Numbered from the stretch's first letter, positions 1 through 11,887 are shown. The stretch is 34,999 bases of DNA from Octopus bimaculoides (GCF_001194135.2 NC_068995.1:37159052-37194050), one strand, 5' to 3'. Notes: a model not told the origin generated them from the letters alone. Program-made: numbers and translations.

Positions 1-60
<60 letters not shown>
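1..60. repeat. (AT)n microsatellite
   Basis: Direct reading. Confidence 0.99.
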
Positions 61-377
61 GTATGTATTTATATATGTAAATATATATGCATGTATTTAT
101 ATGTAGGTGTTCTAAATACTTTTATTTTAATAAATGTTGCTCACTGCAAGTTATGGATGGTTCTTTTATGGCTTCATTGCCTTCAGTCTTAGCTTAAGTT
201 ATTTTCGCGCCCGACATCACAAAATGCGTCTGAATAAGCATTGCCGGACAGCAAATAGAGACTCGGACATTTCTTAGAAAATATTTTTCATTTTTAACCT
301 CGTATATAGTACGAACTAAGGATTTTGACCTTTAAATGTTTGGGAAAAATGCAGATTATACTCGAAGATTTACGGTA

Positions 378-624
378 TATACATGTACATACATATATAT
401 AGATGTTCGTACATGCATATATATACATGTACGTATATACATATGTATACATCTACATACATATATATACATGTACGTACATATATATACATATACGTAC
501 ATATATATACATATATATACATATACTTACATATTTATACATATACGTACATATATATACATATACGTACATATATGTACGTATATATACATATATGTAC
601 ATATATAAACATATATATATATAT
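378..624. repeat. Compound AT-rich microsatellite (ATAT/ACAT/ACGT variants) running into an N gap
   Basis: Direct reading; it explains the Y/I/H/T ORFs at 336-802. Confidence 0.95.
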
Positions 625-915
625 NNNNNNNNNNNNNNNNNNNNNNNNNNNNNNNNNNNNNNNNNNNNNNNATATACGTTCACATGTAGACGTACGCGTT
701 TCTATAAAAAAAATAACCCCCAATAAAATGTATTTTTCTGCTGCTGTTCAATTTTGTATAGATACTATATTTTCTCTGATTTTGTCGATATTATACTTGT
801 AGTTTAACCCCAGGTAAAGCCTAATGGGGTAGACTTATCAAAGACTAAATAAGTAGCACTTAAACAGTAGAGTCGATAGAATCAACTTATCCCCTACCCC
901 CAACCTACTGGCTTT

Positions 916-1581
916 GTCCCAACATTTGAAACCAGTGTTATCTGATGTTCATAACAATTTAAAGTGGATAGTTATTTACTTATTTTACCAGATCGAGAGA
1001 TCACGGGAATGTCGTTTTTCTGTTCTTTATTTTTATAAGTGTCAGTATGAACGTTTATATCTTTTGCATTCTAATTGTGCGTGGATATTGCCGAACTTAG
1101 TAATATTATTTTTAGCATAATAATTTACAATTTGTTTCACTGCTGGGAATATAATAATCATTCGTTACTGCCTTGGGAATCGTCTTCGATAGTAATCACC
1201 ATCGTAGCTATATTGAAAATAAATTTCAGTCTCGAAGGCGGAAACAAGTAACGAACACAAAACAGAATTCTTCTAAACAACGAATCTATAACACAATTTT
1301 TTCCCCATTTTAAATAATACATTTATAAATTATTAGAAAACAAACGAGAAGAAAAAAAAATCAACCAAATTGGAAATGTCCATTAAAAACACCACCAACA
1401 ACAGTAACAAATCTAAATAGAATTTTCTCACTTTGATATAAACGTTCATACTAACACTTATAAAAATAAACAACAGCAATAACGACATTCCCGTGGTCTC
1501 TCGATCTGGTAAAATAAATAACTAAATATCCACTTTAAATTGTTATGAACATCAGATAACACTGGTTTCAAATGTTGGGAC
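916..1581. repeat. Long inverted repeat (arms 916-1061 and 1435-1581, spacer 373 bp)
   Basis: Manual alignment shows about 8 differences in about 146 bp, and the first 55 bp are identical. Weaker similarity extends outward to about 890 and 1600. Confidence 0.9.
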
Positions 1582-2289
1582 ACGGCCAGTTGGTTGGGGA
1601 TAACTTTATCATAGGAGGGATATAGACGAGTAGAAAGATCTCAATATTGGGGTATATATTTTATCGATCGTTAAACGATAGCATTAATAATGATTTCTAT
1701 CCTAGTCTCTCGATCCCAGTATTTCAGTAACCGCTATTTTATCGACTGAACAACAAAAGTAATTAGTTCAGTCACAGTTCGATGATCACGTACTTTTTCA
1801 TCAGGAAAAAAGGTGCAGTCAATTTGACTGATTCCATTATTTGCTTGAAACTTATTTTAGCATTACCTATAATCAAAATTTTCAACAAAAATGGGCTTAT
1901 ATAGAAATGCTGTACTAAAACAATCGTTTACAACAAAGATGATCTCAAGTTCTTCAGCACAGATAATGCACAAAGAACACCCCTTTAGAAATTACATAGA
2001 TTTACCAAAGGAACTGATATGAGATTGGAAATAGAACAATGCATCATGAACATTCTGAACGTTTCAAAACTGCGTTTTCTTAATAGTTCAAGCATAAAAG
2101 TTTATTATCTCTCAAAATGGTTTTCATTAATAGTTTATGGCCTGCATGTTCTACGCGCTTGGGCATCATCTCAGTTTGTACATTATCTTTTCCTTGTTCA
2201 TGGATTCAAAGAAATGAAATTCTTATATGTACATAGACTCACCTTTCTCGGAGCACGTTTGCCATTTTACCATTGTTCTAGATAGCTTG

Positions 2290-2960
2290 TTGCCATTATC
2301 AGCCTTCCGTCTTATCGTTGCAAGATAATGGAATGATACAACTGGTGTGGATCCCAAGAGCTTCCGCCTTATCGACTTCTGGCACTGAAAACGAAGCGAA
2401 TTTTCTGGCTACCCTCATAGAAAAGATTACTAATATACAGGATCAAAAAGTTGTTGTTGTGGCGCGTTTCTGCTGTTATTAGACTTCTGCTCCTCTGAGC
2501 AGAAGACACTCGGGCGGATATTACTACTACATGAATAGCAACTGGGTGTTTTGCATTGTCCTACCAATCTATTCATTTTACTTTCTTCCCAAACAATGGC
2601 CTTCCTGAGCCATCAGGACTTGCATGTTCTAGCCGGCTCTCACTCAACCACATGTTATTTCGCGTGTCATCTGCACTCACTACGTCCCTGTACTCTGCTG
2701 CAAAGTTTACTATGAGCTTAGAATCAGCGTCACAACTATGACCCTTGTATCTCGCCTCTCCAATACTAGGCTATAGTCAGGAATGTGACTTATATCCACC
2801 GGTTGTATTGCTTCTTCCTCGGTCTGAAAGAAAAGACTCACATTCACCCTCCTCCAACATCGATGGAAACGACTTCGTTTCGAGTAGGGCCAGAACTTCT
2901 CCCAGCTGTTCTTTTGTGGGCATATAAAAGGTTCCAGCAAAAAATTGGCAAAATAGGTGT
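2290..2960 (-). mobile_element. Highly decayed non-LTR RT/thumb-like relic, possibly R2-related
   Basis: The segment is locally GC-richer. Frameshifted manual translation gives ...ADD...LFGKKVK*IDW*DNAKH...LITA..PQQQLF/IL...SIRRKLLGSTPVVSFH. The spacing is reminiscent of the R2-type KYLG...APLKPQQRL.IL...WL.LP..P...H region, but the match is weak. Confidence 0.35.
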
Positions 2961-5900
2961 ATAGCATGTTTTTCCTTTTACCGTTCTCGGTTGAATTTCC
3001 TGACAAAGAAGGTATCGTACCTCGTAACAAATTTCTCATATATTTACTTAAGGTACTTATCTATGTCAATCTCATATTTCTGATTGACCACGTCAACAAT
3101 GCTAATATTAAAACTATTGAATATCGCCACTTGTGTGTGTCAAGGTGCGAATCTCTGTTTTAACAAGTGTCTATCTGTATCATTTTAATTTTTTTCCTGT
3201 TTATAATAAGAAACAAAACAAAACTGAAAAACTATTTGTAGATAGCAAATATTCGTAGCACCTTCGTGGAAGTACTTCCTATACCATTTCAGTAGATACG
3301 TTATTCACAAATATTAAAAAATCCGATACACATGAAAATTCTCTTTCTCTTCCAAATCAAGAGAAGACAGCTAACCTCTTTTTTGCATCGAATCCATACA
3401 AACACGACATAAAAATATCTAATTCGGAAAGTTATTCGTTATTATTCTGATATCTATGGCAATTCAAAAAGTAAATCCACGTCTGCCGCCGACAACTCGG
3501 AAAACGTAATATCTTTGAACATAATAATTAACAAGGATTAATCAGCAGTTGGAATATTATTTCCAACAATTTACTGGGAAATTTGTAGCGTAAGTGAAGT
3601 AATTGTTTTCAACTTGCACCTAAGAGCGTATCGAGATTTCAGCTTGTCACGAGTTTGCTTCTTACTCTATAGTTACTTCAACACAATAATTGTGAAATAA
3701 ATGGTGTTATACATAGTCTTGCAGGAATGATTTTTAATTAACCAACACTGCTACTCGCACCAAGAAGAGCGATAAACATTGTTGGACAAATGTTCTCAAC
3801 AAAGAGGAAATGGAGACAATTCAAAGTAAACAAAACGGAAAAAGTATTTTTTAAATGCATGAAACACCTTAGTCGCAATTTACTGTATACTTAGAAGTAG
3901 GAAATGACAGGAGGGGAATGACAATATGAACGTTAGCAGATACAGTGGCACATGCGTCTGTATTATAGATTTCCTTAGTGACACAGTTATTCATATATCT
4001 GATAGATCACTGGAAGGAAACATATATGCATTTACAGGGAATGTACATGCATTATTATGGTAATAAAATAATATAAATACCCACGCTATCATCAGCAAAG
4101 GAAATAACTTGTGAAATAAGTACAAAGTATTTAATATGGCAAGCTTCATATGTTTAATTAATCGGCACCATACTTGTATATAGATAAGCATTACTACTGA
4201 AAAATGCTTAACTAAATACTGCAAAGGTAATAGAGATCACTAAGTGTGGCATTTCCAAAAATATAATAGAGAATGTAGGGTAAGAGTTGAGATGTTTGTA
4301 AAGGGGCCTGGATATGGAATCTCTTACTTGGATCGATTTTCATTTGCAAGAAATAAAGATATTGTAGCTAATGATGGTTTCTAATTAAGGTACAAGGCCA
4401 GCAGTTTTAAGGAAAGAAGAATAGTCCATTAAATTAACTTTTATTTTGTTAATCTTGTAAGGATGAATAATCCTGTTGACTCCAGTGGAATTTGATCGCA
4501 GAGCGTAAAGTACATTTTTGTCCTACACTCTACCTATTCCACCAGTTCATCACCATAATGTTGTAGTTAATCATAATATATGAACGCGGGGAAATTACTT
4601 TGGAATAAATTCCTGTTCAGGGAAATCTCTTGTTATTTAGTTGGACAGATGTAATAGGCATTTCACTTTATTGAAACTATATTCCTTAAGGAGGAATATA
4701 CGAACGTCGCCAGATCCCATTTTCACAGTCCGATATATTTATTACCTTGTAACTGACTTGATTTAAATAATGGTGTATTATAATGAAAAGTTAACGAGGA
4801 AATTACAAATCAGAATAGAATGAGTAGAATGGGAAGTCAAAAAGAAAATGAACGAAAGAAATGTAAATTGAAGAGAATTGTTAGTTTGAATCCATCAGCC
4901 ACCGAGAGTTAAATACCAGAAAAAAGTCTCTCCGTAGAAAATAACAAAAGAATTAAAGTGTTATGGATTTAACTAATCATCTGTAAAATAGCGCAACAGT
5001 TTTGATATTTAAGTCTAAAAAAAGACAATTAAACTATGACTCACGTGAACACCATCAGAAACTTGAACAATCAATTCATATTTGTCTTTCATTTCCCTGT
5101 CCAAGGCTTTAGCAGAAGATAAATAGCCACTATAAAAAAATAAATATTAAAATTATGAGCATTGAAAATTCAAATAAAAAAATTGTAAAACATTGTCCAT
5201 TATAATAATAATGACAAGATTGTTAATTAAAAATCGAAGTCAAGACCTTTAAGACTAACACAGATACTTCTTGGAATGAAGAAAATGTGAAGTAGTTACA
5301 AGAATAGCAAGGAAATTTGATTTTATTTATAAACTTTGTTGCTCGGCCCACCTAATTATGTTGAGTATTTTGGCTGGTATAGTCTTTCCATTCACATATT
5401 TAAGAAACTATAGAATGCTGTTGATTATGAACAAAATTAGATTATCAAAGGAAACTGTATTGTTATGTACATAACTCCGATTTCATTATTACCCAACATA
5501 GTTGGATAACGTCCAAGCTTGATCATAGCAGGGTTTCAAGAAATTTAGTCTTACGGTTTACCTTCTCAGCCATCGTGCTGTCCTTGTTGCACTAAATAAT
5601 TGATGAATGTTTCGCAATGTTGTAGGTCTCTCTCTTATAAGTTAGAACTAAAATTCTCTGATGAATAGGAAGATTGCAGCGGAAAAAAAAACAAACCATT
5701 GTTGTTTACACAGAAGTGAGATCGTTTCTAATAAAATTAACTAAACTTCCATTTGCACATATATCTAATTTGGCAAAATCAAGCGTTTAATTGTTTTTAG
5801 CTTCTTGCACGAAATTATTATATTAGAAAATACAAAATATATTCAAGTAGAAACTTTTTTCCAAGAATAAATCTTTTTTTTAAACAACAGTCAAAAGGTT

Positions 5901-6027
5901 ACAAAGATTGCAAAGATTATTGTGTGGAAACCAATAATTTGAATAAAGTAATTAAGTTAATCAGGCAAGTTGCATCTATTTGAATTAAACTTCATCAAAG
6001 AGTAAAACAGAATTTTGTGGAACGTGT

Positions 6028-6226
<199 letters not shown>

Positions 6227-6802
6227 TAGAAATAAATAGAAAGATACAAAATCGGAAATTTACAAGAATATTGAGGTTAATTAGACCGATCAGACAGAGG
6301 TAGATTATTGGAAAGATGCAGATGTTTTACGTGATTGTTTGGTCTGAGAGTGCAACGTTATGTGGTACTCAGACCATCCTGTGTTTAATATCGATTAATT
6401 TAGATGGTGAGTGCTGATCAAAAGCTTTTATTTGTATTTCTACCATACACTTTAAAGAAGAGAGGCGGATTACTTAACTTTTTAGGACCTCATTAAATGA
6501 GGGAGAGAGAAGGAGATAAATTGGTAACGAGAGAGANNNNNNNNNNNNNNNNNNNNNNNNNNNNNNNNNNNNNNNNNNNNNNNNNNNNNNNNNNNNNNNN
6601 NNNNNNNNNNNNNNNNNNNNNNNNNNNNNNNNNNNNNNNNNNNNNNNNNNNNNNNNNNNNNNNNNNNNNNNNNNNNNNNNNNNNNNNNNNNNNNNNNNNN
6701 NNNNNNNNNNNNNNNNNNNNNNNNNNNNNNNNNNNNNNNNNNNNNNNNNNNNNNNNNNNNNNNNNNNNNNNNNNNNNNNNNNNNNNNNNNNNNNNNNNNN
6801 NN

Positions 6803-6846
<44 letters not shown>

Positions 6847-6855
6847 GAATAAATA

Positions 6856-7110
6856 GCCTGTTCATGAAATTAACGTGGAAGTGGCTGGGTACTCCACAGA
6901 TGCGTGTGCCCTTAACGTACTTCTCAACGAGCTAAGGGAGATATAGGAGGTGATAATGCTGGCCCTTTGAAATACAAATACTAGTCATTTTTGCCAGCTG
7001 AATGTACTGGAGCAATGTGAAATAAAGTGACTTCTGCAAGAAAAAAAGGTCATCGCCGGGAATCGAACTCACAAACTTCCGATCATAAGCCAAATGCTCT
7101 AACCACTAAA
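6856..7110 (-). mobile_element. tRNA-derived SINE (family D here) sharing a 3' module with family C
   Basis: The minus-strand head TAGTGGTTAGAGCATTTGGCTTATGATCGGAAGTTTGTGAGTTCGATTCCCGG has A- and B-box-like motifs. Positions 6856-6935 match the reverse complement of 19150-19225. Confidence 0.75.
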
Positions 7111-7438
7111 CAACGCGTTTTCATTATGAATACATGAAGACACGCATACATACATACATTTACATGTATATACACACATATGATTGTGTGTGTGGTGTAT
7201 GTATTTATATAAAATATATACGTGTATAAATGAATATATATATATGTTTATATGTATATATGTATGGTTAAATATAGTCATACATATGCACATATGGCTA
7301 CACACACACACACACACACATATATATATTGAACTTTATAAATACAAGCTTAACAATTATTAAATAATTTTTAACTAGTGGCTAGCATGCGTAATAAAAG
7401 TCAGAAGACAAATATTTAAAAATATATTAGTAATATTA

Positions 7439-7761
7439 GTGTATGAAATATACACGGAGATATAACCACTATGTGGATTTCTTACATGCTAAAAATGGCT
7501 GTCAAAGCCCAAAATCACGAAAAAATATTCTTACATTAAAGCACGCTGTTTGTACGTGAGCAGACATATGAGTGAATAAAAATTTCAGTTAACCTTATTC
7601 TTACGAGTATAAGGTTAACTGAAATTTTTATTCACTCAAACGTCTCGCTCGCGTACAAATGTGCTTTAATGTAAGAATATATTTTTATGGTTTTGGGCTT
7701 TGACTGCCATTTTTAGCGTGCAAGAAATCCACAGTTTTCTCTCCGTGTATATTTCATACAC
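7439..7761. mobile_element. Palindromic (fold-back) MITE flanked by TA
   Basis: The arms are about 160 bp: GTGTATGAAATATACACGGAGA...TTCAGTTAACCTTAT and ATAAGGTTAACTGAA...TCTCCGTGTATATTTCATACAC. The central loop is 10 nt or less (7599-7608). TA flanks lie at 7437-7438 and 7762-7763. Confidence 0.85.
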
Positions 7762-7766
7762 TATTA

Positions 7767-7802
<36 letters not shown>

Positions 7803-8006
7803 AGGTTGAGGAGGGTATTGGATTTAACCAAACCCAGTAGGATACAGGTAATACCGAGTAAGTGCTGTATACCGATTAGTTTGCCCCAATCGTTGTATGA
7901 ACAGGAATGGGTATTATAAGTCGTGTATTAGCGTGTGTATATGTAAATATATAAAAACAAAAAGATAAAGAGAGCAAAGGTAAGGTTGAAGAAATTTATG
8001 GATAGA

Positions 8007-8055
8007 GTCTTACAGCTGTTTCTGGGAAGATCCAGTACTTCCCTTCATCGGAGAC
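8007..8055 (-). ncRNA. Minimal type-I hammerhead ribozyme motif (Penelope-like-element type), probably mutated
   Basis: The minus strand reads GTCT-CCGATGA-A-GGGAAG tactggat CTTCCC-A-GAAA-C AGCT G-TA^AGAC. Stem I is GTCT/AGAC, stem II is 6 perfect bp, and stem III is minimal with the palindrome CAGCTG and a GUA cleavage triplet. The core has C in place of U4 and an unpaired A on each side of stem II. Confidence 0.7.
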
Positions 8056-8435
8056 AGAAAAAATAAAGTAATCTATTATTATATCCATAGGCGGATATTT
8101 TTAGTATGAAGTGGTAAAGAGTGTGATGTGCCGAAAANNNNNNNNNNNNNNNNNNNNNNNNNNNNNNNNNNNNNNNNNNNNNNNNNNNNNNNNNNNNNNN
8201 NNNNNNNNNNNNNNNNNNNNNNNNNNNNNNNNNNNNNNNNNNNNNNNNNNNNNNNNNNNNNNNNNNNNNNNNNNNNNNNNNNNNNNNNNNNNNNNNNNNN
8301 NNNNNNNNNNNNNNNNNNNNNNNNNNNNNNNNNNNNNNNNNNNNNNNNNNNNNNNNNNNNNNNNNNNNNNNNNNNNNNNNNNNNNNNNNNNNNNNNNNNN
8401 NNNNNNNNNNNNNNNNNNNNNNNNNNNNNNNNNNN

Positions 8436-8480
<45 letters not shown>

Positions 8481-8601
8481 GGTGCATAAGATATTTGAGG
8501 ACAGATTTATGTTTATAAAAAACAGATATATAATAATAAATGACTTTATTTATAAAAAAAAAATGCTATGATGATAAAAACAAACCTTCTTTTCTATAAT
8601 G

Positions 8602-9030
8602 TTATTCAATAAAGCCAGCTTCAGCTTCAACAACTGCTTCTATATGAGTTCTAAATCATCTACATGCTCGAATCAAGTGGTCCTGGTTCATTTTGGACAT
8701 TATTTTGACTATGGCAGCTTTCAAAGAATCTTTGGTGTTATGGACTGGTTCATTGACCTCTCTCTGAACAACGCTCCACATGTAATAGTCTAATGGATTG
8801 AGATCTGGGGGAATTGGGAGGCCAAATATTAGGAGTTATGTGATCATGAAAATGTTCAGCCATCCATTCCTGTGTTACAAGAGCCATGTGTGATAGTGTA
8901 GAGTCTTACTGAAACTCATATGGCCTTCCATTGCATACACTGTCTATCCAGGACTTAGAAATTGTTTCCAAGACCTCAATTTAGGTGGCAGATTTAACTC
9001 TAAGGCCTTTTGTAAAGAAATAAGGAGACA
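8602..9030 (-). mobile_element. Tc1/mariner-superfamily DD37D (maT-type) transposase 3' fragment, pseudogenised
   Basis: Manual translation gives SPYFFTKGLRVKSAT*IEVLETISKSWIDSVCNGRPYEFQ*DSTLSHMALVTQEWMAEHFHDHITPNIWPPNSP/DLNPLDYYMWSVVQREVNEPVHNTKDSLKAAI...EAGFIE*. After correcting one frameshift there are 37 residues between the second and third catalytic D. No TIR was identified. Confidence 0.85.
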
Positions 9031-9590
9031 AGTGAAACATTAATTGCGAAAAAGCATAAAATGCAGCTGACTTTGAACAATGCTGTGGTAAAATGATGGC
9101 AGAAAATCACTATGTAGTAAAGTTTTAAAAAGCTGAAATATAAATTGGCTGAGAAGCAGAAGACACAAAGCATTTGTAATCGCAAGAGAAACCACTGATG
9201 CATATGATATTTTAATAAAGTTAGTGACAAATATGTTTAGATTGGGAAGAAACAATTAACCACACTCTGTCTTGTTGTCACTCTTAGTCAGGCCGTAGTT
9301 TCGGATTTCGGTCGCTGGAAACTATGCTAGACTTAAATGTCAACAAAAGCGGCTGCCGTAACCAGATACAAAGAAAAGTCTGAGATGAGTGACAAGGCCA
9401 CCACGTTCTGAAAAGTGCCAATTCACAAAGATAGGGGGTAGAGGCTAAGAGGTATCTCCCTATCAGTCTCAATAAATGAAAATATATCCTTTAAAAGAAA
9501 CTAAATTACTGAAATAGAAGTAAAAACAACCGTTCTCTTGCTGTCTTCTCTATGATTTTGTCATTCTGTTGTCTTATTTTCATCGCTCAA

Positions 9591-10427
9591 NNNNNNNNNN
9601 NNNNNNNNNNNNNNNNNNNNNNNNNNNNNNNNNNNNNNNNNNNNNNNNNNNNNNNNNNNNNNNNNNNNNNNNNNNNNNNNNNNNNNNNNNNNNNNNNNNN
9701 NNNNNNNNNNNNNNNNNNNNNNNNNNNNNNNNNNNNNNNNNNNNNNNNNNNNNNNNNNNNNNNNNNNNNNNNNNNNNNNNNNNNNNNNNNNNNNNNNNNN
9801 NNNNNNNNNNNNNNNNNNNNNNNNNNNNNNNNNNNNNNNNNNNNNNNNNNNNNNNNNNNNNNNNNNNNNNNNNNNNNNNNNNNNNNNNNNNNNNNNNNNN
9901 NNNNNNNNNNNNNNNNNNNNNNNNNNNNNNNNNNNNNNNNNNNNNNNNNNNNNNNNNNNNNNNNNNNNNNNNNNNNNNNNNNNNNNNNNNNNNNNNNNNN
10001 NNNNNNNNNNNNNNNNNNNNNNNNNNNNNNNNNNNNNNNNNNNNNNNNNNNNNNNNNNNNNNNNNNNNNNNNNNNNNNNNNNNNNNNNNNNNNNNNNNNN
10101 NNNNNNNNNNNNNNNNNNNNNNNNNNNNNNNNNNNNNNNNNNNNNNNNNNNNNNNNNNNNNNNNNNNNNNNNNNNNNNNNNNNNNNNNNNNNNNNNNNNN
10201 NNNNNNNNNNNNNNNNNNNNNNNNNNNNNNNNNNNNNNNNNNNNNNNNNNNNNNNNNNNNNNNNNNNNNNNNNNNNNNNNNNNNNNNNNNNNNNNNNNNN
10301 NNNNNNNNNNNNNNNNNNNNNNNNNNNNNNNNNNNNNNNNNNNNNNNNNNNNNNNNNNNNNNNNNNNNNNNNNNNNNNNNNNNNNNNNNNNNNNNNNNNN
10401 NNNNNNNNNNNNNNNNNNNNNNNNNNN
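9591..10427. other. Assembly gap (largest of seven)
   Basis: N runs lie at 625-671, 6537-6802, 8138-8435, 9591-10427, 17769-18337, 25634-26327 and 32466-32475. Most abut microsatellites. Confidence 0.99.
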
Positions 10428-10879
10428 TATATATATATATATATATATGACCCGCCAACTTTTGTTATTCTAGATTGAAGAGATAGCTGTAGTAGCTTTT
10501 CTAACACTCCCCACTAAACACTGCTTGCCACGGCTGACGAGTTTGCATCAATTAACAATTCCGTCCTAGTAACCAAACAAACTACTTGACAGAGACGGGT
10601 ATCAAAACTGTCCCTCACACTTCCTGCAGTCCAGGCCTTGCATTTGGCTGTTTCCAAAACTTAAGAAGAACCTCAGGGGCAATTGTTTGAAGACACTGAG
10701 ATGAAGGTGTGTGTGACAAAGACACCAATACAAACTGTATAATACATAAGCGCATATACATACACACACAAAAGACACACACGCACATACTTATAATGAG
10801 ATATAAGAAGTAGAAATAAATAAATAAATGGAAAAAACTATGTCAAAGGCCAATGATATAGTAAGCAAGCCTATATAAC

Positions 10880-10931
10880 ACACGCAAAACACACATACAC
10901 GCATGCGCACGCGAGCGCACACACACACACG

Positions 10932-11025
<94 letters not shown>
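10880..11025. repeat. (CA)n microsatellite with CG variants
   Basis: Direct reading. Confidence 0.98.
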
Positions 11026-11027
<2 letters not shown>

Positions 11028-11309
11028 GAGGTACGGTAGCAAACGCATGTCCAAATAAGGATACATATCATAGACAGACATTTTGGACAAAACAGAACAA
11101 GAGGAAACATGTGGAGGGAAAAGTCACTGAAGGGGTCACAAATGTGTGACAATCCCTTGTCTGGACAATGGACATGAGATAAAATAAAAACAATAATAAA
11201 CGAGTGAGTAACGAATATATAGTTTGTGTGTTTATATGGTAAGAATATATGACCATCCCGAAATATAACAGTATTTATATATTTGTGTGTAAAGACGATT
11301 CTGTGCATG

Positions 11310-11385
11310 TATATCTGCCCAAGGTACCACGCAGTGGGACTGAACCCGTAACCATGTGGTTGGGAAGCAAGCTTCTTACCACAGT
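11310..11385 (-). mobile_element. SINE family A 5' head fragment
   Basis: GCCCAAGGTACCACGCAGTGGGACTGAACCCGTAACCATGTGGTTGGGAAGCAAGCTTCTTACCAC is the reverse complement of the head. Confidence 0.85.
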
Positions 11386-11514
11386 GCATTGTTTTTTCTA
11401 TTCCTTTGACAGCAGAGTTGATGACGTTACTAATGATCACGATTTTGATATTTGTATATTGTAAAGATTTCAAACCATGTTGCCCACTGATATGATACAT
11501 TTACAATAAATTCA

Positions 11515-11887
11515 ACAAAGTTTGTTTTCCAGCAACAAGGTTCCGGGTTCAGTCCCACTGCGTGATACATTGGAAAAGTGTCTTCTACTATAGGCTCGGG
11601 TTGACCAATGCCTTGCGAGTGGATTTGGTAGACGGAGACTGAAAGAAACCTGTCGTATATAAATATATATGTGTGTGTGTGTGTGTCGGTGTTTGCCCCC
11701 CACCATCGCTTGACAACCGATGTTGGTGTGTTTATGTCCCCATAACATAGCGATTCGGGAAAAGAGGCCGATAGAAAAGTACTAGGCTTACGAAAAAATA
11801 AGTGCTGTGGTCGATTTGTTCGACTAAAGGCGGTGCTGCAGCATGGCCGCAGTTAAATGACTGAAACAAGCAAAAGAGTAAAAGAGT
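11515..11887 (+). mobile_element. SINE family A copy
   Basis: It runs from GGTTCCGGGTTCAGTCCCACTGCG to GACTGAAACAAGCAAAAGAGTAAAAGAGT, with an internal TA/TG tract. Confidence 0.9.

Noticed and set aside
336-802. ORFs rich in Y/I/H/T, and all ORFs containing long X runs (6482-6865, 8101-8571, 9552-10507, 17733-18470, 25395-26553)
   Set aside because: They are translations of microsatellites and N gaps, not genes.
1905-1962. Other CUGANGA motifs (minus 1957-1951, plus 13176-13182, minus about 1797-1803)
   Set aside because: None has a convincing stem II followed by GAAA with a paired stem I. The 1951 site has a suggestive CGATTG near-palindrome but is too degenerate to call.
2237-2246. Consensus minus-strand donor AAG|GTGAGT
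   Set aside because: The upstream frames show no cadherin similarity and lie in a probable retro-element relic, and no matching acceptor was found.
3420-3520. Minus frame DITFSELSAADVD after a possible AG, resembling the cadherin AxDxD motif
   Set aside because: An in-frame stop follows six codons later with no donor site, and no other cadherin motif is present.
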